Shown here: in pieces, positions 62,967-64,000 of the stretch
Layout of the letters: every line of letters begins with the position of its first letter
Numbering within the stretch: position 1 is the stretch's first letter
NCBI RefSeq assembly: GCF_006345805.1
Contig: NC_043000.1
Coordinates: forward strand, 107,074,001-107,138,000
DNA length: 64,000 bases
DNA from: Octopus sinensis
Lineage: Eukaryota
Direction of reading: 5' to 3'
Notes under the pieces: generated by a model
What the model was told of the DNA's origin: nothing
Seen by the model: the letters and a program-made list of their open reading frames with translations, nothing else
Databases searched by the model: none
Program-made: the position numbers and the translations under genes

Positions 62967-63293
62967 AAGGTGTTTGTAAGCCATTTAAGAAACACACAAA
63001 AGCCGTTCGATTCACTTCAACATTTAAGTTTAATTTGTCAAAATATTTTCGGCACTTTAAGACCGCAACCTGTTCACTTACAAAAATCCATAGCACGGAT
63101 TTTTGTCAGTGAACAGGTCGTAGTCTTAAAGCGACGAAAATATTTTGACAAATTAAACTTAAATGTTGAAGTGAATCGAACGGCTTTTGTGTGTTTCTTA
63201 AATGGCTTACAAACACCTTCCACGCTGCAATTGTTTTCGTTTCAGCAGACGATCTCAGATCAAATCACTTGCTATGCAAGTACATCTCCGTAA
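62967..63293. repeat. Second copy of the palindrome-plus-tail element
   Basis: Same arms and same tail TTTTCGTTTCAGCA...AGTACATCTCCGTAA; left arm shorter. Confidence 0.85.
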
Positions 63294-64000
63294 CATTAAA
63301 AATTAATTTTATCTATATATAACACTTTCACTTCAGTCACACTACAGTAACCAATAACAGTGCCTGATGGGTAACACCACACCTCTGTATAGCTGAAGTT
63401 ATGGTGACAAGTGTAGCAAAGATTCATATACTTCATGCAAACATTAAAATTAAAGACAAAATAAAATACGTAACATAGGATGATGACAATGAGCCAATGA
63501 AATAACCTGTATGTGGTCATTCAGCTTGCAAAAAAATAGCAGACAAAATTTCCCTCAAAATCACAGCATAGAGTCTTAAGGACACATTTCATAATGTAGT
63601 TCTTGGTAAGAGTGAATTCTAGACTTGTGGCTATTTAGTAACAAGTCTAAAATTCTAGCAACATGTTGCTATCTAGCAACAGGTCAGTCCTGATCAAGCA
63701 GGCCTATGATCAAAAGATGCTAAAGCCGCAAGCATCCTATTTTATCCAGACATAGTACTTCCTAGAATATATCCAATGTCTTTTTTTTCCTAATATGAAA
63801 GGGTGAGATTCAACTGCTATTTCTTGAAGGCCATGCTACTACATTGGTTCTTGAATTCTACAGTAGGAGGCAATAGTATTTATAATCAATAACTGTTATA
63901 ATTAATTAAAGGCAATACTGGTAATGAGTATGACTACCAATGAGGAAAAATGTAACCTTTCTAAAAGGGCAGAACAGAAGACAATGTAATTATAATAATG

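Noticed and set aside
57567-64000. Search for the next upstream RBL exon (expected FHRSL.ACC.E.V.F.Y, ending in phase 2)
   Set aside because: No matching segment found by eye. ORFs 61292-61552 and 63296-63520 and the GTGAGT near 60700 do not resemble RB proteins.

Overview
AT-rich, microsatellite- and retroposon-dense animal genomic DNA. The repeat families look like those of an octopod cephalopod; this is from memory, not a database search. The only host gene I can support is a retinoblastoma-like pocket protein (p107/p130 type, RBL) on the minus strand. I assembled its last 12 coding exons by hand (57566 down to the stop at 36199). All junctions are GT-AG and phase-consistent, giving 1714 nt, about 570 aa: end of pocket A, spacer with RxL motif, pocket B, C-terminus. 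The 5' exons were not found in 57567-64000 and probably lie beyond the window. About 240 bp downstream of the stop lies a decayed Penelope-like retroelement (33380-35958) with inverted ~265-bp terminal repeats, each carrying a type I hammerhead ribozyme fold; the plus-strand copy has an intact core. The left third is intergenic-looking and CpG-retaining. It holds (ATT)n arrays packed with tRNA-derived SINEs, 5'-truncated R4/Dong-like elements, an unassigned (TAA)n-associated element and a ~150-bp 28S rRNA fragment covering the R2/R4/R1 target region. There are also a mariner relic, a pogo-type deletion derivative, Helitron/Helentron-type non-autonomous elements, hAT and piggyBac-type MITEs, and several long palindromes. 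Most ORFs in the supplied track are microsatellite or SINE artefacts.
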